DNA from: a candidate division WOR-3 bacterium
GTDB lineage: Bacteria > Hydrothermota > Tepidihabitantia > B3-TA06
DNA: 64,000 nucleotides
Direction: 5' to 3'
NCBI GenBank assembly: GCA_965649265.1
Contig: CBFGKC010000006.1
Location: 114,975-178,974 of the forward strand
Under the pieces are notes generated by a model. The model saw nothing but the letters and a program-made list of their open reading frames with translations, had not been told where the DNA came from and ran no database searches. The translations under genes were made by a program, and so were the position numbers. Positions 17,308 to 25,630 of the stretch are shown piece after piece (the first letter of the stretch is position 1; every line of letters begins with the position of its first letter).

Positions 17308-17865
17308 TCAATCTTTTTCTGTCGAATCGGGTTCAGAAATCACAAGCTGCAGCCCTTCAACATTTATGCCTGCCTGCGGGGTGTAGAATGTGATGTAAAC
17401 CCGGGTGGTTTCGGGTCCAAGCCCGGTGACGCACAGACGGCCTTCAACTGTCTCGAGCGTGTCCGAAAACTTGCCGTCGACCGCACGGAGAGGGACAATA
17501 ACCGTATCGCCGCCAATTCTTGCATCCGCTCCGGAGATTATATTGCCTTCAAGTTTCGAATCGTAGACCCTTGCGGTCGCTCTCACCGTAACCGAGTCGG
17601 CGCCATTTGTGGGGTTAGGCGTAATAGCAGCCTCAGTGATTATTACCGGTTCAATGACGACCGGATCATAACAGGTCGCATACCCCCTGGTCTCTTGGGC
17701 CGAGAGCCAGCCTAGTAAGCCCAGGATGAAACCCAGAATGTAGATTTTTGCAAATCTCGCGAATCCCTTAAGAACCCCTTCCTCCTCCCACCTTGAGAGA
17801 AGCGGGAAGAGTTTTGCTCCAACATTGCTTACAAACGCCGCGAGCGAGCTGCGAGCTTTGGCCAT
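17308..17865 (-). CDS. Array paralog 10/12
   Basis: It reads MAKARSSLAAFVSNVGAKLFPLLSRWEEEG, then a TM helix, then YATCYD...PNPTNGADSVTVRATARV...DGKFSDTLETVEGRL...SEPDSTEKD. Confidence 0.6.
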   Translation of the reverse strand: MAKARSSLAAFVSNVGAKLFPLLSRWEEEGVLKGFARFAKIYILGFILGLLGWLSAQETRGYATCYDPVVIEPVIITEAAITPNPTNGADSVTVRATARVYDSKLEGNIISGADARIGGDTVIVPLRAVDGKFSDTLETVEGRLCVTGLGPETTRVYITFYTPQAGINVEGLQLVISEPDSTEKD

Positions 17866-17929
17866 AAAATTCCTCCTTGACTGCGACTACTCCTGTTATA
17901 CAGTTGCAGGTGCAATAAATTCCCTTAAC

Positions 17930-18469
17930 CTATTCGGTTATCTCGATATCTGAGCTGTCTTCGATTACCTTGTTCTTGCTTGTAGATATTCTGACATGGA
18001 CTTTTGCGTTTGCGGTATCGATACCCCTGATGCTTAACTTCGCCGAGATTTCCTCGTATGAACCGTCAAAAGCACTATCCGCAGCCAGCATCTCCACCGT
18101 GTCGGAATTTGCACCTTTCCCGGTAATGAAACACTGTGCCGATTTTACATAATTGTCCTTGGAGCCTGGGATTATATTGGCTCTGGCTTTGACCATAACC
18201 GAGTCGGCTCCAGCCGTAGGATCAGGCAAAACCTCGATATTATGAATGGGGGGAGGTACAGGCTCGTAGCACGTGACCGGGCAGCAGGCGGTCGAGCCGG
18301 CCGCTCCGGAAAGACCTAATCCTGAAACGAGTGCACTCAGGAATGAAAGCTTCATCCACCTTGCAAGCTTGGGTAGTACCCTGCGTTCCTCGCATCTTGA
18401 GTAGAAGTCAAAAAGCGCAAAACCGGCTTTCCTGAGAATCTCGAAAACAATGTGTCTTGCCTGAGCCAT
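17930..18469 (-). CDS. Array paralog 9/12
   Basis: The ORF is trimmed to the ATG at 18469 (MAQARHIVFEILRKAGFALFDFYSRCEERRVLP). A TM helix follows, then VTCYEP...PDPTAGADSVMVKARA. Confidence 0.55.
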   Translation of the reverse strand: MAQARHIVFEILRKAGFALFDFYSRCEERRVLPKLARWMKLSFLSALVSGLGLSGAAGSTACCPVTCYEPVPPPIHNIEVLPDPTAGADSVMVKARANIIPGSKDNYVKSAQCFITGKGANSDTVEMLAADSAFDGSYEEISAKLSIRGIDTANAKVHVRISTSKNKVIEDSSDIEITE

Positions 18470-18476
18470 GATACTG

Positions 18477-19016
18477 CTATTCTGATTCCGTGATGTACAA
18501 ATCCACTGTCGTGTAATCTCGCTCCCCTTTATTGGAGGTGGCCTCAATGTTTACACTGCAGGTATCGCCTGCGGCAAGATTGCCTACGTATAATCGAGCT
18601 TCTACGTCTTTCATTCCGTATGGATCGGTTTTCGTGACAATCATCGTTATGGTGTCGTCATTAAGAACACATATCACCTTATCCACATAATCTTCTTCTA
18701 TGCTTACTCCATTGGGGACATTTGCGCTCGCTTCAACGGTTACTGAATCTGAGCCTGACGTCGGATTAGGGGTTATTGAGCAGGTTGCGATTTGAGGTTT
18801 CGGGTACTCCATCGGTGCGTAACACGTTATGCAGTTGAGCATGCTGGCCGCACTCAATGCGGTAATTCCTGTCACGAAGGCTCCGAGGAAGGTCGTTTTT
18901 ACCCACCTGGAAGCCCTTGGCAGTATCCCGCAATCCTCACAGTGGGAGAAGAAGTTGAAGAGTGATGTTCCCATTCTCCTCAAGGTTTCAAAGAAGAGGT
19001 AGCGGCTACTGGCCAT
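18477..19016 (-). CDS. Array paralog 8/12
   Basis: It reads MASSRYLFFETLRRMGTSLFNFFSHCEDCGILPRASRWVKTTFLGAFVTGITAL, then ITCYAP...PNPTSGSDSVTVEASA. The N-terminal 50 aa are near-identical to paralog 7. Confidence 0.55.
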   Translation of the reverse strand: MASSRYLFFETLRRMGTSLFNFFSHCEDCGILPRASRWVKTTFLGAFVTGITALSAASMLNCITCYAPMEYPKPQIATCSITPNPTSGSDSVTVEASANVPNGVSIEEDYVDKVICVLNDDTITMIVTKTDPYGMKDVEARLYVGNLAAGDTCSVNIEATSNKGERDYTTVDLYITESE

Positions 19017-19031
19017 TGTGCCTCCGGTGAT

Positions 19032-19547
19032 TTATTCAGTTATCTCGAGGTCGATTGTTGTATCCGCTCGCTGGTCTTCATTGTCGTATTCTGTGATTTG
19101 TATGGTTACTGTATCGGGCTCGAGGTCTCCTATATACAACTTCGCGTTCACGGCATATTCATTCGTGTAGTCTCCAGGCTCTATCTTCATGACGGTGGTG
19201 TCATTCTCGAGGATACATATCACCTTTTTCAATTCAATCCCGTTATCGGCAATTGCCTTGGCGGAAACGCTAACAGTGTCGGCCCCTGCCGTAGGATTTG
19301 GTGCCACGGAGGCGTTTTCGATTCGAGGTGATTCAATTGGCAAGTAGCAGCCGGTGGGGATACAGTTGATCATGCTGGCCGCGCTCAACGCGGTAATTCC
19401 TGTCACGAAGGCTCCGAGGAAGGTCGTTTTTACCCACCTGGAAGCCCTTGGCAGTACCCCGCATTCCTCACAGCGAGAGAAGAAGTTAAAGAGTGAGGTG
19501 CCTATCCTCCTCAAGGATTCAAAGAAAAAAAACTTTGTTCTAGCCAT
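19032..19547 (-). CDS. Array paralog 7/12
   Basis: The ORF is trimmed to the ATG at 19547 (MARTKFFFFESLRRIGTSLFNFFSRCEECGVLPRASRWVKTTFLGAFVTGITAL). A TM helix follows, then PTGCYLP...PNPTAGADTVSVSAKA. Confidence 0.55.
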   Translation of the reverse strand: MARTKFFFFESLRRIGTSLFNFFSRCEECGVLPRASRWVKTTFLGAFVTGITALSAASMINCIPTGCYLPIESPRIENASVAPNPTAGADTVSVSAKAIADNGIELKKVICILENDTTVMKIEPGDYTNEYAVNAKLYIGDLEPDTVTIQITEYDNEDQRADTTIDLEITE

Positions 19548-19629
19548 GGTTCCTCCTTTCACTGTATTAAATATAATCAACTTGCTCGGATTGTCAATCC
19601 ATGAAAATCACCTGAAATCCTGGCAGGTG

Positions 19630-20157
19630 TTATTTATCAGTAACGCGGAGAACGGTCGAGCCTATGCCCCAGCCTGAGGTTTTTGAATCGACTTTTACAA
19701 AGACCTGAGTGCTGTCCGTTTTGATTTTCTTCACGTATATGCGCCCGATGAGTTCCTCATTATTCTCGTCGAATGCGCCGTCCCTCGCTATCATCCGGAT
19801 GGTGTCTCCATCGACTATGCACTGGGCTGAGGCTATTATTTCGAGATCGCTTGCGTTTTCAAGTCTGGCTTTGGCGGTAACGGTCACCGAGTCGGCGCCT
19901 TTCGTCGGGTTAGGCTTGACTACTATCTCCGAAACCCTGGGATATACGGCCACAGGTTCGTAGCAGGTCACGAGCCCCTGATCCAGCGGAGGTTTTTTGG
20001 CGCATGCCGCAATGATGGTCAGCCACGCTCCAGCAAGCGCGAGCTTGAGCCAGCGTGATATCCTTGGCAGAGCGCTTCGTTCCTCACACCCGGTCAGAAT
20101 GGAGAACAGTGCCGAGCCTGTTCTCCTCAAAAACCTTGACAGTAACTCTCGCTTCAT
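19630..20157 (-). CDS. Array paralog 6/12
   Basis: It reads MKRELLSRFLRRTGSALFSILTGCEERSALPRISRWLKLALAGAWLTIIAACA, then VTCYEP...PNPTKGADSVTVTAKA. Its start overlaps the upstream stop by 4 nt (20154..20157). Confidence 0.6.
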   Translation of the reverse strand: MKRELLSRFLRRTGSALFSILTGCEERSALPRISRWLKLALAGAWLTIIAACAKKPPLDQGLVTCYEPVAVYPRVSEIVVKPNPTKGADSVTVTAKARLENASDLEIIASAQCIVDGDTIRMIARDGAFDENNEELIGRIYVKKIKTDSTQVFVKVDSKTSGWGIGSTVLRVTDK

Positions 20158-20726
20158 AACGAGTCCTTTTCAGTGATAAATAGCGGTAATGAAACCAGTG
20201 CTTCTTCACCCTTGGAAGTGGCCGCGTGCACGTAGACGAAGGTGGTCCCGGGTTTAAGACCCGCGACGCTGATGCGTGCCTCAATCATCTCGACGGTATC
20301 CGAGAAGCGGCCGTCCACAGGGTACATCCGGATTTTCCTTGACGTATCAATGGCCATTACGAGCCAAGCATCCGACACGTAATTGTTCTCAAGGCCAGGT
20401 TCCAGCACCCTTGCGGTGCCCGTTATCTTGACAGTGTGCACGCCCCTTGTCGGGTTCGGGCTTGCCTGAACTACTGAGATTTCGGGATCCATCCTTCTCA
20501 TCATGTAACATGTGTGGACAGGACCGTCGCCGTCTCCTCCTGGTCCGGGTCTTGCCTTTTTCCCGCACGAGGCTATCAGGGCGACAACGAGCCCGAGTAG
20601 CGAAACCTTCAAAAAGCGCGCGGTCTTTGAAAATATTGGAGTATCCTGGCATCTCGATAGCGCATTAAACACCAGATTACCTGCATTTCTGAGAACTGCA
20701 ATCAAGCTCTTTCTCATCTTTGCCAT
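20154..20726 (-). CDS. Array paralog 5/12
   Basis: It reads MAKMRKSLIAVLRNAGNLVFNALSRCQDTP, then a TM helix, then a Gly/Asp-rich insert (PGPGGDGDGP), then VHTCYMM...PNPTRGVHTVKITGTARV. Confidence 0.6.
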   Translation of the reverse strand: MAKMRKSLIAVLRNAGNLVFNALSRCQDTPIFSKTARFLKVSLLGLVVALIASCGKKARPGPGGDGDGPVHTCYMMRRMDPEISVVQASPNPTRGVHTVKITGTARVLEPGLENNYVSDAWLVMAIDTSRKIRMYPVDGRFSDTVEMIEARISVAGLKPGTTFVYVHAATSKGEEALVSLPLFITEKDSL

Positions 20727-20745
20727 TCTGCCTCTCCTATCTCGT

Positions 20746-21288
20746 TTAATCTGGTTCAGTAATCACCAGTTCTAAAGATTCAATTTCAATTTGACCGGAA
20801 GAATTTTCTACCTCTAAGTATATCCATGTCGTTTCCGGCTCAAGGTCTCCAACGTAAAGTCGGCCGACTATTCTCTCCGAAGCGGCGTCGAATTTCCCGT
20901 CAATCGCCCGCATGGGGTAATATATTGTATCTCCATCCATTCTCATGCGGGCTGAGCTTATCGTGCTTTCGCCGCTGTAGTGATCGCTAATCTTTGCCGT
21001 GGCCTTGACGGTTACCGAATCGGCGCCCCTTGTAGGGTTAGGCCTTACGGAAAGTTTGGATAGTTCTATGAGGGGAGGGGGGGCGGGCTTGTAGCACATT
21101 ATGACGTCTTCCTTTGCTTCGAGCGAGAGAGCGCTCACGAGTGCCACGAAAAATCCGAGGAATGTGAGCTTCAACCATCTTGCCGCCCCGGGGAGGATGC
21201 GGCGTTCCTCGAATCCGGAAAACGTTCCGAAAAGCCTTCCGCCAATCCTTGCAAAAAAGTCTGCCAGGCGTTTTCTGAGTTCAGGCAT
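20746..21288 (-). CDS. Array paralog 4/12
   Basis: It reads MPELRKRLADFFARIGGRLFGTFSGFEERRILPGAARWLKLTFLGFFVALVSAL, then IMCYKP...PNPTRGADSVTVKATAKI. Confidence 0.6.
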   Translation of the reverse strand: MPELRKRLADFFARIGGRLFGTFSGFEERRILPGAARWLKLTFLGFFVALVSALSLEAKEDVIMCYKPAPPPLIELSKLSVRPNPTRGADSVTVKATAKISDHYSGESTISSARMRMDGDTIYYPMRAIDGKFDAASERIVGRLYVGDLEPETTWIYLEVENSSGQIEIESLELVITEPD

Positions 21289-21289
21289 A

Positions 21290-21859
21290 TCAATCCTCCT
21301 TATTCTCGTTGCTGTCCGCTTCCGGTGCGGTGATGATTAATTGCCTCCAGGTGCTTTCCGCGTTGCCTGAGTTTGTCCTCACCACTATGTAAATCCAGGT
21401 GGTCTCCGGCTTGTGATCCCCGACGTAGAGACGGCCTTCGACTGTTTCAAGGGTATCGCCGAACTTACCGTCAACCGCTTTCATCGGATATAAAAGGGTA
21501 TCTCCGGTAAGCTGCATAATTGCTTCGGAAACAGCGGTGTCACCTGAGCAATAATATGCAGATTCCAATTTTGCGGTTGCCTTGACTGTAACGGTGTCTT
21601 TTCCTGCAGTGGGGTTCGGTGTTGCCGAGACATCGAAGATACTTAAGTGAGGTTCCTCAATAGGCACGTAGCACATGATGATATCGTCGTCCGCCTTGAG
21701 CGCTGGCGCGCCCAGCAGGGTTACCAGCAATCCCAGAACCGAAAGCTTTAGCCATCTTGCCGGTCTGCGTAGGATACCGCGTTCCTCCAATCCGGACAGT
21801 ATCCCGAATAAGGAGCCGCCTATCCGTGAAGAGATGCGGGCCAGTAAGCCTTTTGTCAT
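21290..21859 (-). CDS. Array paralog 3/12
   Basis: It reads MTKGLLARISSRIGGSLFGILSGLEERGILRRPARWLKLSVLGLLVTLLGAPAL, then IMCYVP...PNPTAGKDTVTVKATAKL. Confidence 0.6.
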   Translation of the reverse strand: MTKGLLARISSRIGGSLFGILSGLEERGILRRPARWLKLSVLGLLVTLLGAPALKADDDIIMCYVPIEEPHLSIFDVSATPNPTAGKDTVTVKATAKLESAYYCSGDTAVSEAIMQLTGDTLLYPMKAVDGKFGDTLETVEGRLYVGDHKPETTWIYIVVRTNSGNAESTWRQLIITAPEADSNENKED

Positions 21860-22435
21860 CTACTCCTCCCTGGCAGCGCTCGAATCAGCTGCGAGCGAAT
21901 CAATCCTTGTTACGGTGTAGGACTGCCAAAGAATCTCTTCATCTTCTCTGGAACTCGTCACGTCTATAAAGAACCAGTGGGTGCCGGTATCCAGGTCGCC
22001 TGTGTAAAACATGGCCTCAAGAACCTCAAGAGTGTCGTTAAGCTTGCCGTCCACGGCCTTCATGGGAATCCTCAGGGTGTCACGCTGCCTGGAAAGCCAG
22101 GCGTTTCGGATGTAATTGTTCTCAAGGGTCGGGTCCAGAACTTTTGCAGTTACCTTTACTTTTACCGAGTCCGCTCCTCGAGTCGGATTTGGTGTGATGG
22201 ACACATCCGAAATCTTTACCTCCGGCATCCTCATGGCTACGTAACAGGTCTTAATTGTTTCTACCTCGGCGGAAAGTGCTCCGATGGCTGCGGTAAGAAA
22301 TCCAAGCAGTGAGAGCTTTAACCAGCGCGAAGCGCTGGGCACAATCCCGCGCTCTTCGAATCGCGACAGGAGTGAAAAGAGACCTCCTCCCAGCACTTCA
22401 AGAATCCTTACGACGAACCCTTTCGTTCTCGCCAC
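21860..22435 (-). CDS. Array paralog 2/12 (GTG start)
   Basis: The track ORF 21860..22654 carries a non-homologous 73-aa N-terminal extension. The paralog alignment starts at the GTG at 22435 (VARTKGFVVRILEVLGGGLFSLLSRFEERGIVP), preceded by GGTGGAG. The start lies 1 nt after the stop of paralog 1. The ectodomain reads KTCYVA...PNPTRGADSVKVKVTAKV. Confidence 0.55.
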   Translation of the reverse strand: MARTKGFVVRILEVLGGGLFSLLSRFEERGIVPSASRWLKLSLLGFLTAAIGALSAEVETIKTCYVAMRMPEVKISDVSITPNPTRGADSVKVKVTAKVLDPTLENNYIRNAWLSRQRDTLRIPMKAVDGKLNDTLEVLEAMFYTGDLDTGTHWFFIDVTSSREDEEILWQSYTVTRIDSLAADSSAAREE

Positions 22436-22436
22436 G

Positions 22437-23009
22437 TCACTCCACCTTTGTCGAATCAGTCCTGATAGAATCAGGCTCCGAGACTTCAAAATAAAACCAG
22501 CTCGCTTCCAGTGCATCCTGGGATGTCTGGACGAGCATTGAGATCGAGTACTGGCCCGGTTCAAGATTTCCAACGTAAACCGTACCCTCGAGCACCTCGA
22601 GCGTGTCGTCCATCTTGCCGTCAAGTGCTTTGACCTTGAACCTCGTCGTATCACCGTCCCAGGAGAGCCAGGCGTCCTTTATGAAGTTATCCTTGATATT
22701 CGAGTACATCACCTTGGCCTGGGCCTTCACTTTCACCGAATCCGCTCCCTTCGTGGTATCAGGGGTTACGGACTTCTCTGTTATGATGACGTCGGGAATC
22801 CTCGCGACGATGTAGCAGGTGACTTCCGGATCCCTGGCTTGAAGTGAGAGTGTCGCGACTAGCGAGGCTATGATTCCCAGGGTCGAGATCTTTATCCATC
22901 TCGCGGCACGCGGCATGACGCCTTTTTCTTCTATCATTGTCAGAAAATGGAAAATTGCATCTCCCAGTTTCCCTAACAGCCTGGATAAGAGGTTGCGTGT
23001 CTTGGCCAT
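22437..23009 (-). CDS. Array paralog 1/12 (first gene of operon)
   Basis: The ORF is trimmed to the ATG at 23009 (MAKTRNLLSRLLGKLGDAIFHFLTMIEEKGVMPRAARWIKISTLGIIASLVATL), preceded by AAAGGAG. The ectodomain reads VTCYIV...PDTTKGADSVKVKAQAKV. Confidence 0.6.
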   Translation of the reverse strand: MAKTRNLLSRLLGKLGDAIFHFLTMIEEKGVMPRAARWIKISTLGIIASLVATLSLQARDPEVTCYIVARIPDVIITEKSVTPDTTKGADSVKVKAQAKVMYSNIKDNFIKDAWLSWDGDTTRFKVKALDGKMDDTLEVLEGTVYVGNLEPGQYSISMLVQTSQDALEASWFYFEVSEPDSIRTDSTKVE

Positions 23010-23059
23010 CGTCGCTCCTTTAATTCTCAATACAAGAAAACATCTCAAATATTCCCCAC

Positions 23060-23088
23060 AATATAAGCCCCAAAAGACAGGTGTCAAG
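23060..23088 (-). promoter_or_regulatory. Candidate sigma70 promoter for the 12-paralog/rSAM operon
   Basis: On the minus strand it reads TTGACA-N16/17-TATATT (the plus strand shows tgtcaa at 23083..23088 and aatata at 23060..23065). It lies about 50 nt upstream of the first paralog's start. Confidence 0.4.
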
Positions 23089-23111
23089 CATATCTTACGG
23101 GCGGATACTCA

Positions 23112-23140
23112 TTGACAAAGATGCAGCATTTCTCTATAAT
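23112..23140 (+). promoter_or_regulatory. Consensus sigma70 promoter (TTGACA-17-TATAAT)
   Basis: ttgaca is at 23112..23117, a 17-nt spacer follows, and tataat is at 23135..23140. It is divergent from the array promoter and upstream of the gene at 23225. Confidence 0.6.
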
Positions 23141-23224
23141 AAAACATGGGAAAGAACAGGGAGTTTCCAATGAAAAAAAAAAGGTTTGTGATAGTTCCGA
23201 GTCATTTTACAGGGAGAGATTGAG

Positions 23225-24547
23225 ATGCATCCATTTCTGGTTTTCTGTTGTTGTTTGATTTCATCTTTGACTTGGAATAGACATTATGATTTTCGGTTTA
23301 GTGACCACTGTAGCGCGCTTGTGCCGGTAGAGGACGGTTACGTGATTACGGGTAACACTATGCGGTATCTATTCGTGCAGAAGGTCGATACTCTGGGAAA
23401 TCAAGTCGGTTACAAAGAGTGGTATAAGGCCGAAGGTTATGACATAGAGAGAATGTCTGATGGTTATATTATTCTTGCGTACAAAGACGAATCTCCCAGG
23501 CACGGGATTTGGTTGGTAAGAACAGATAGCGATTTTGACACACTTTGGAGTAGAAGCTATGGATATAATAATGGAATTATGGCAAAATCTCACTCATTTG
23601 ATTTAACAGATGACAGTGGTTTAGTGATGGTCGGTGAGTGCGGCACGGGTCTTATTGTCTTTAAAACCGATAGTCTTGGTGATAGCTCCTGGGTAAAAAA
23701 ATATTTTCAGTCTGTCTCGATGCGCGCTGGGAATTTTATTGAAGAAACATCTGATCAAGGTTTTATTGTTACGGGAGTTTGTGAGGAACGTTTTTTTGCA
23801 CTGAAATTGGATGAGAATGGGGATTCCTTATGGTGTAAGAAATATTTTGAGGAAAAAACAGGTGAAGGTCTTTGTATAAGAGAAACCTCCGACAAAGGCT
23901 TTATAGTATTGGCTAGGATAAGGTATGGTAGTTCGGATTCCTTGCTTCTCATCAAGACGGATTCTTTTGGAAACGCTTTGTGGGTGAGAAAATTCAATTC
24001 GATGTCTCATTGGACTAGAACATGTTATATTGAGGTTCTGGATGATGGTTATGTTATGATTTCAGGGTCACAAGAAGGTCCATTAGTCAGGAAATTTGAC
24101 GAGTCTGGGAATGTCCTTTGGACAAAGACCTACAATCGTAATTTCGGTTATTTTTCCGGATTTGAAGGCACATGTATTCATTACACATCGGATAAAGGTT
24201 TTATTATTGGCACCGCTTTGGATATATCTCCATACGGATCAGACCTCTGGCTGGTGAAAACCGACAGCCTAGGAAACACGGTTCCTCTTGAATCCGTGAT
24301 AGAGCCAACGGAGACTGCCGTTAGCGAAGTTCATCTGAGTGTTTTGAATTCAGCTGTTGCATATTCCTTACCTGCTGGCGAGCGTTGTTTGTTGAAAATC
24401 TATGATGTTAGTGGAGTATTGAAAAAAGGAGAAATTGTTTGTGGCCGCGGAGAGATGCGACTAAAAGAATTCCCTGTAGGGGTTTATTTCGCTGAGTTAC
24501 AGTTCATGCGAAGTGCTGAAATCAAAAAGGTATTAGTTTTTCCCTAG
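23225..24547 (+). CDS. Secreted beta-propeller-like repeat protein with T9SS CTD (paralog of 2652..4340 and 11732..13069)
   Basis: The repeats are SDGYIILAYKD ... GDSSWVKKYF / GDSLWCKKYF / GNALWVRKFN / GNVLWTKTYN. The C-terminus is VGVYFAELQFMRSAEIKKVLVFP. An AGGGAGAG Shine-Dalgarno site sits upstream. Confidence 0.55.
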   Translation: MHPFLVFCCCLISSLTWNRHYDFRFSDHCSALVPVEDGYVITGNTMRYLFVQKVDTLGNQVGYKEWYKAEGYDIERMSDGYIILAYKDESPRHGIWLVRTDSDFDTLWSRSYGYNNGIMAKSHSFDLTDDSGLVMVGECGTGLIVFKTDSLGDSSWVKKYFQSVSMRAGNFIEETSDQGFIVTGVCEERFFALKLDENGDSLWCKKYFEEKTGEGLCIRETSDKGFIVLARIRYGSSDSLLLIKTDSFGNALWVRKFNSMSHWTRTCYIEVLDDGYVMISGSQEGPLVRKFDESGNVLWTKTYNRNFGYFSGFEGTCIHYTSDKGFIIGTALDISPYGSDLWLVKTDSLGNTVPLESVIEPTETAVSEVHLSVLNSAVAYSLPAGERCLLKIYDVSGVLKKGEIVCGRGEMRLKEFPVGVYFAELQFMRSAEIKKVLVFP

Positions 24548-24576
24548 TCGAAAATAGTTTTCGTTGACTAACTCTT

Positions 24577-25017
24577 TTGTTCAAGTACAATCCCCGCGTG
24601 AAGCAGCTCTTATCGGACTGGCGGGTGCTTTCGGCGATCGCGATACTCGGATGGGGGACCTGGGGCATACTCTCAAAGATTGCCCTGAAACAGGTTGACT
24701 GGCGGGTCATGATGCTGATTACGTCCGTAGCCGCCCTTCCTCTGGCTTTCATACTCGGGATTCCGAATTTCGACTGGAAGTTTAACCGCTACATCCTTCT
24801 CGCTTTTTTTGCAGGAATCGGAGCCGAGGTCGCGACGCTCTCCTTCAACCGCGCGATTCAAAAGGGCGGACCCGCGAACGTCGTGGTCCCACTCACCTCA
24901 CAGTACGTGCTCGTCATAGTGCTTTTTTCGACCATTTTCCTAAAAGAGCCTATAACGTGGCAGAGAATCGTCGGCATCGTTGCCGCGCTCATAGCAATTG
25001 TGATGCTTTCGCTGTGA
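24577..25017 (+). CDS. Small DMT/EamA-like membrane protein (4 TM)
   Basis: Hydrophobic segments are visible (VLSAIAILGWGTWGIL, VMMLITSVAALPLAFILG, YILLAFFAGIGAEV, YVLVIVLFSTIFLKEPITWQRIVGIVAALIAIVMLSL). The last segment fits the EamA C-terminal pattern. Confidence 0.5.
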   Translation: MFKYNPRVKQLLSDWRVLSAIAILGWGTWGILSKIALKQVDWRVMMLITSVAALPLAFILGIPNFDWKFNRYILLAFFAGIGAEVATLSFNRAIQKGGPANVVVPLTSQYVLVIVLFSTIFLKEPITWQRIVGIVAALIAIVMLSL

Positions 25018-25322
25018 TATTTTTCCTTATCGAATGAGTGCAAATCGAACCACCTCTTTCGTACTCTCCTTCTTACCCCCGGGATAGTATTGAGGGCGTC
25101 ATTGCGTTGTTCACAGGATTACTGATATGGTTTTGCATGCAGAATTGCAAAGAATACTATATTTAAGAAAACACCCGATTTTCAGGCGAAGTTAAAGATA
25201 CAAATCGAAAATCATTACGGCGGCGACAATCATTGCGAATCAACGCTATAATCCCTAATGCACAATTGATGAATTTCCTGTGACTTGATACGGTGGCCTT
25301 CGGCAAAAGCCGAAATCTACTG

Positions 25323-25538
25323 TTATTTCCTTGAAGCTTTGTTCAGTTCTTGCAGAACTTTTTCAGGCTCGGCAATATTGTAGCGGTCCATAAGCTCACC
25401 AACGGTTCCCCAGGCTGGTTCGCCGCAAACAAAGCAAGGCATACCAAACGCTATGAAAACCTCGACCGTTTCAGGATATTTCGAAATCACCTCTTCGATG
25501 ACGGATTCCCTCGAAATCTCAAAGTCTCCTTTATTCAT
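25323..25538 (-). CDS. DUF1858-domain small redox/disulfide protein
   Basis: The sequence VISKYPETVEVFIAFGMPCFVCGEPAWGTVGEL matches the DUF1858 pattern (YPETVEVF...HCxGCxxA) seen in hybrid-cluster-associated proteins. Confidence 0.6.
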   Translation of the reverse strand: MNKGDFEISRESVIEEVISKYPETVEVFIAFGMPCFVCGEPAWGTVGELMDRYNIAEPEKVLQELNKASRK

Positions 25539-25578
25539 TATAATCTCCTTAAGTTATGTTAGTTATAATAACAAATAC

Positions 25579-25607
25579 TTGACAATTCGGTGATTCTTTA
25601 GCATAAT
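25579..25607 (+). promoter_or_regulatory. sigma70-like promoter (TTGACA-17-CATAAT) for 25631..26005
   Basis: ttgaca is at 25579..25584 and cataat at 25602..25607. An AGGAGGA Shine-Dalgarno site is followed by the GTG at 25631. Confidence 0.5.
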
Positions 25608-25630
25608 TATACGGACTATAGGAGGATGCA

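Noticed and set aside
21860-22654. Track ORF with a 73-aa N-terminal extension overlapping paralog 1
   Set aside because: The extension has no similarity to the other 11 paralogs and would overlap the preceding gene by 218 nt. A GTG at 22435 with a GGTGGAG Shine-Dalgarno site restores the family-typical N-terminus.
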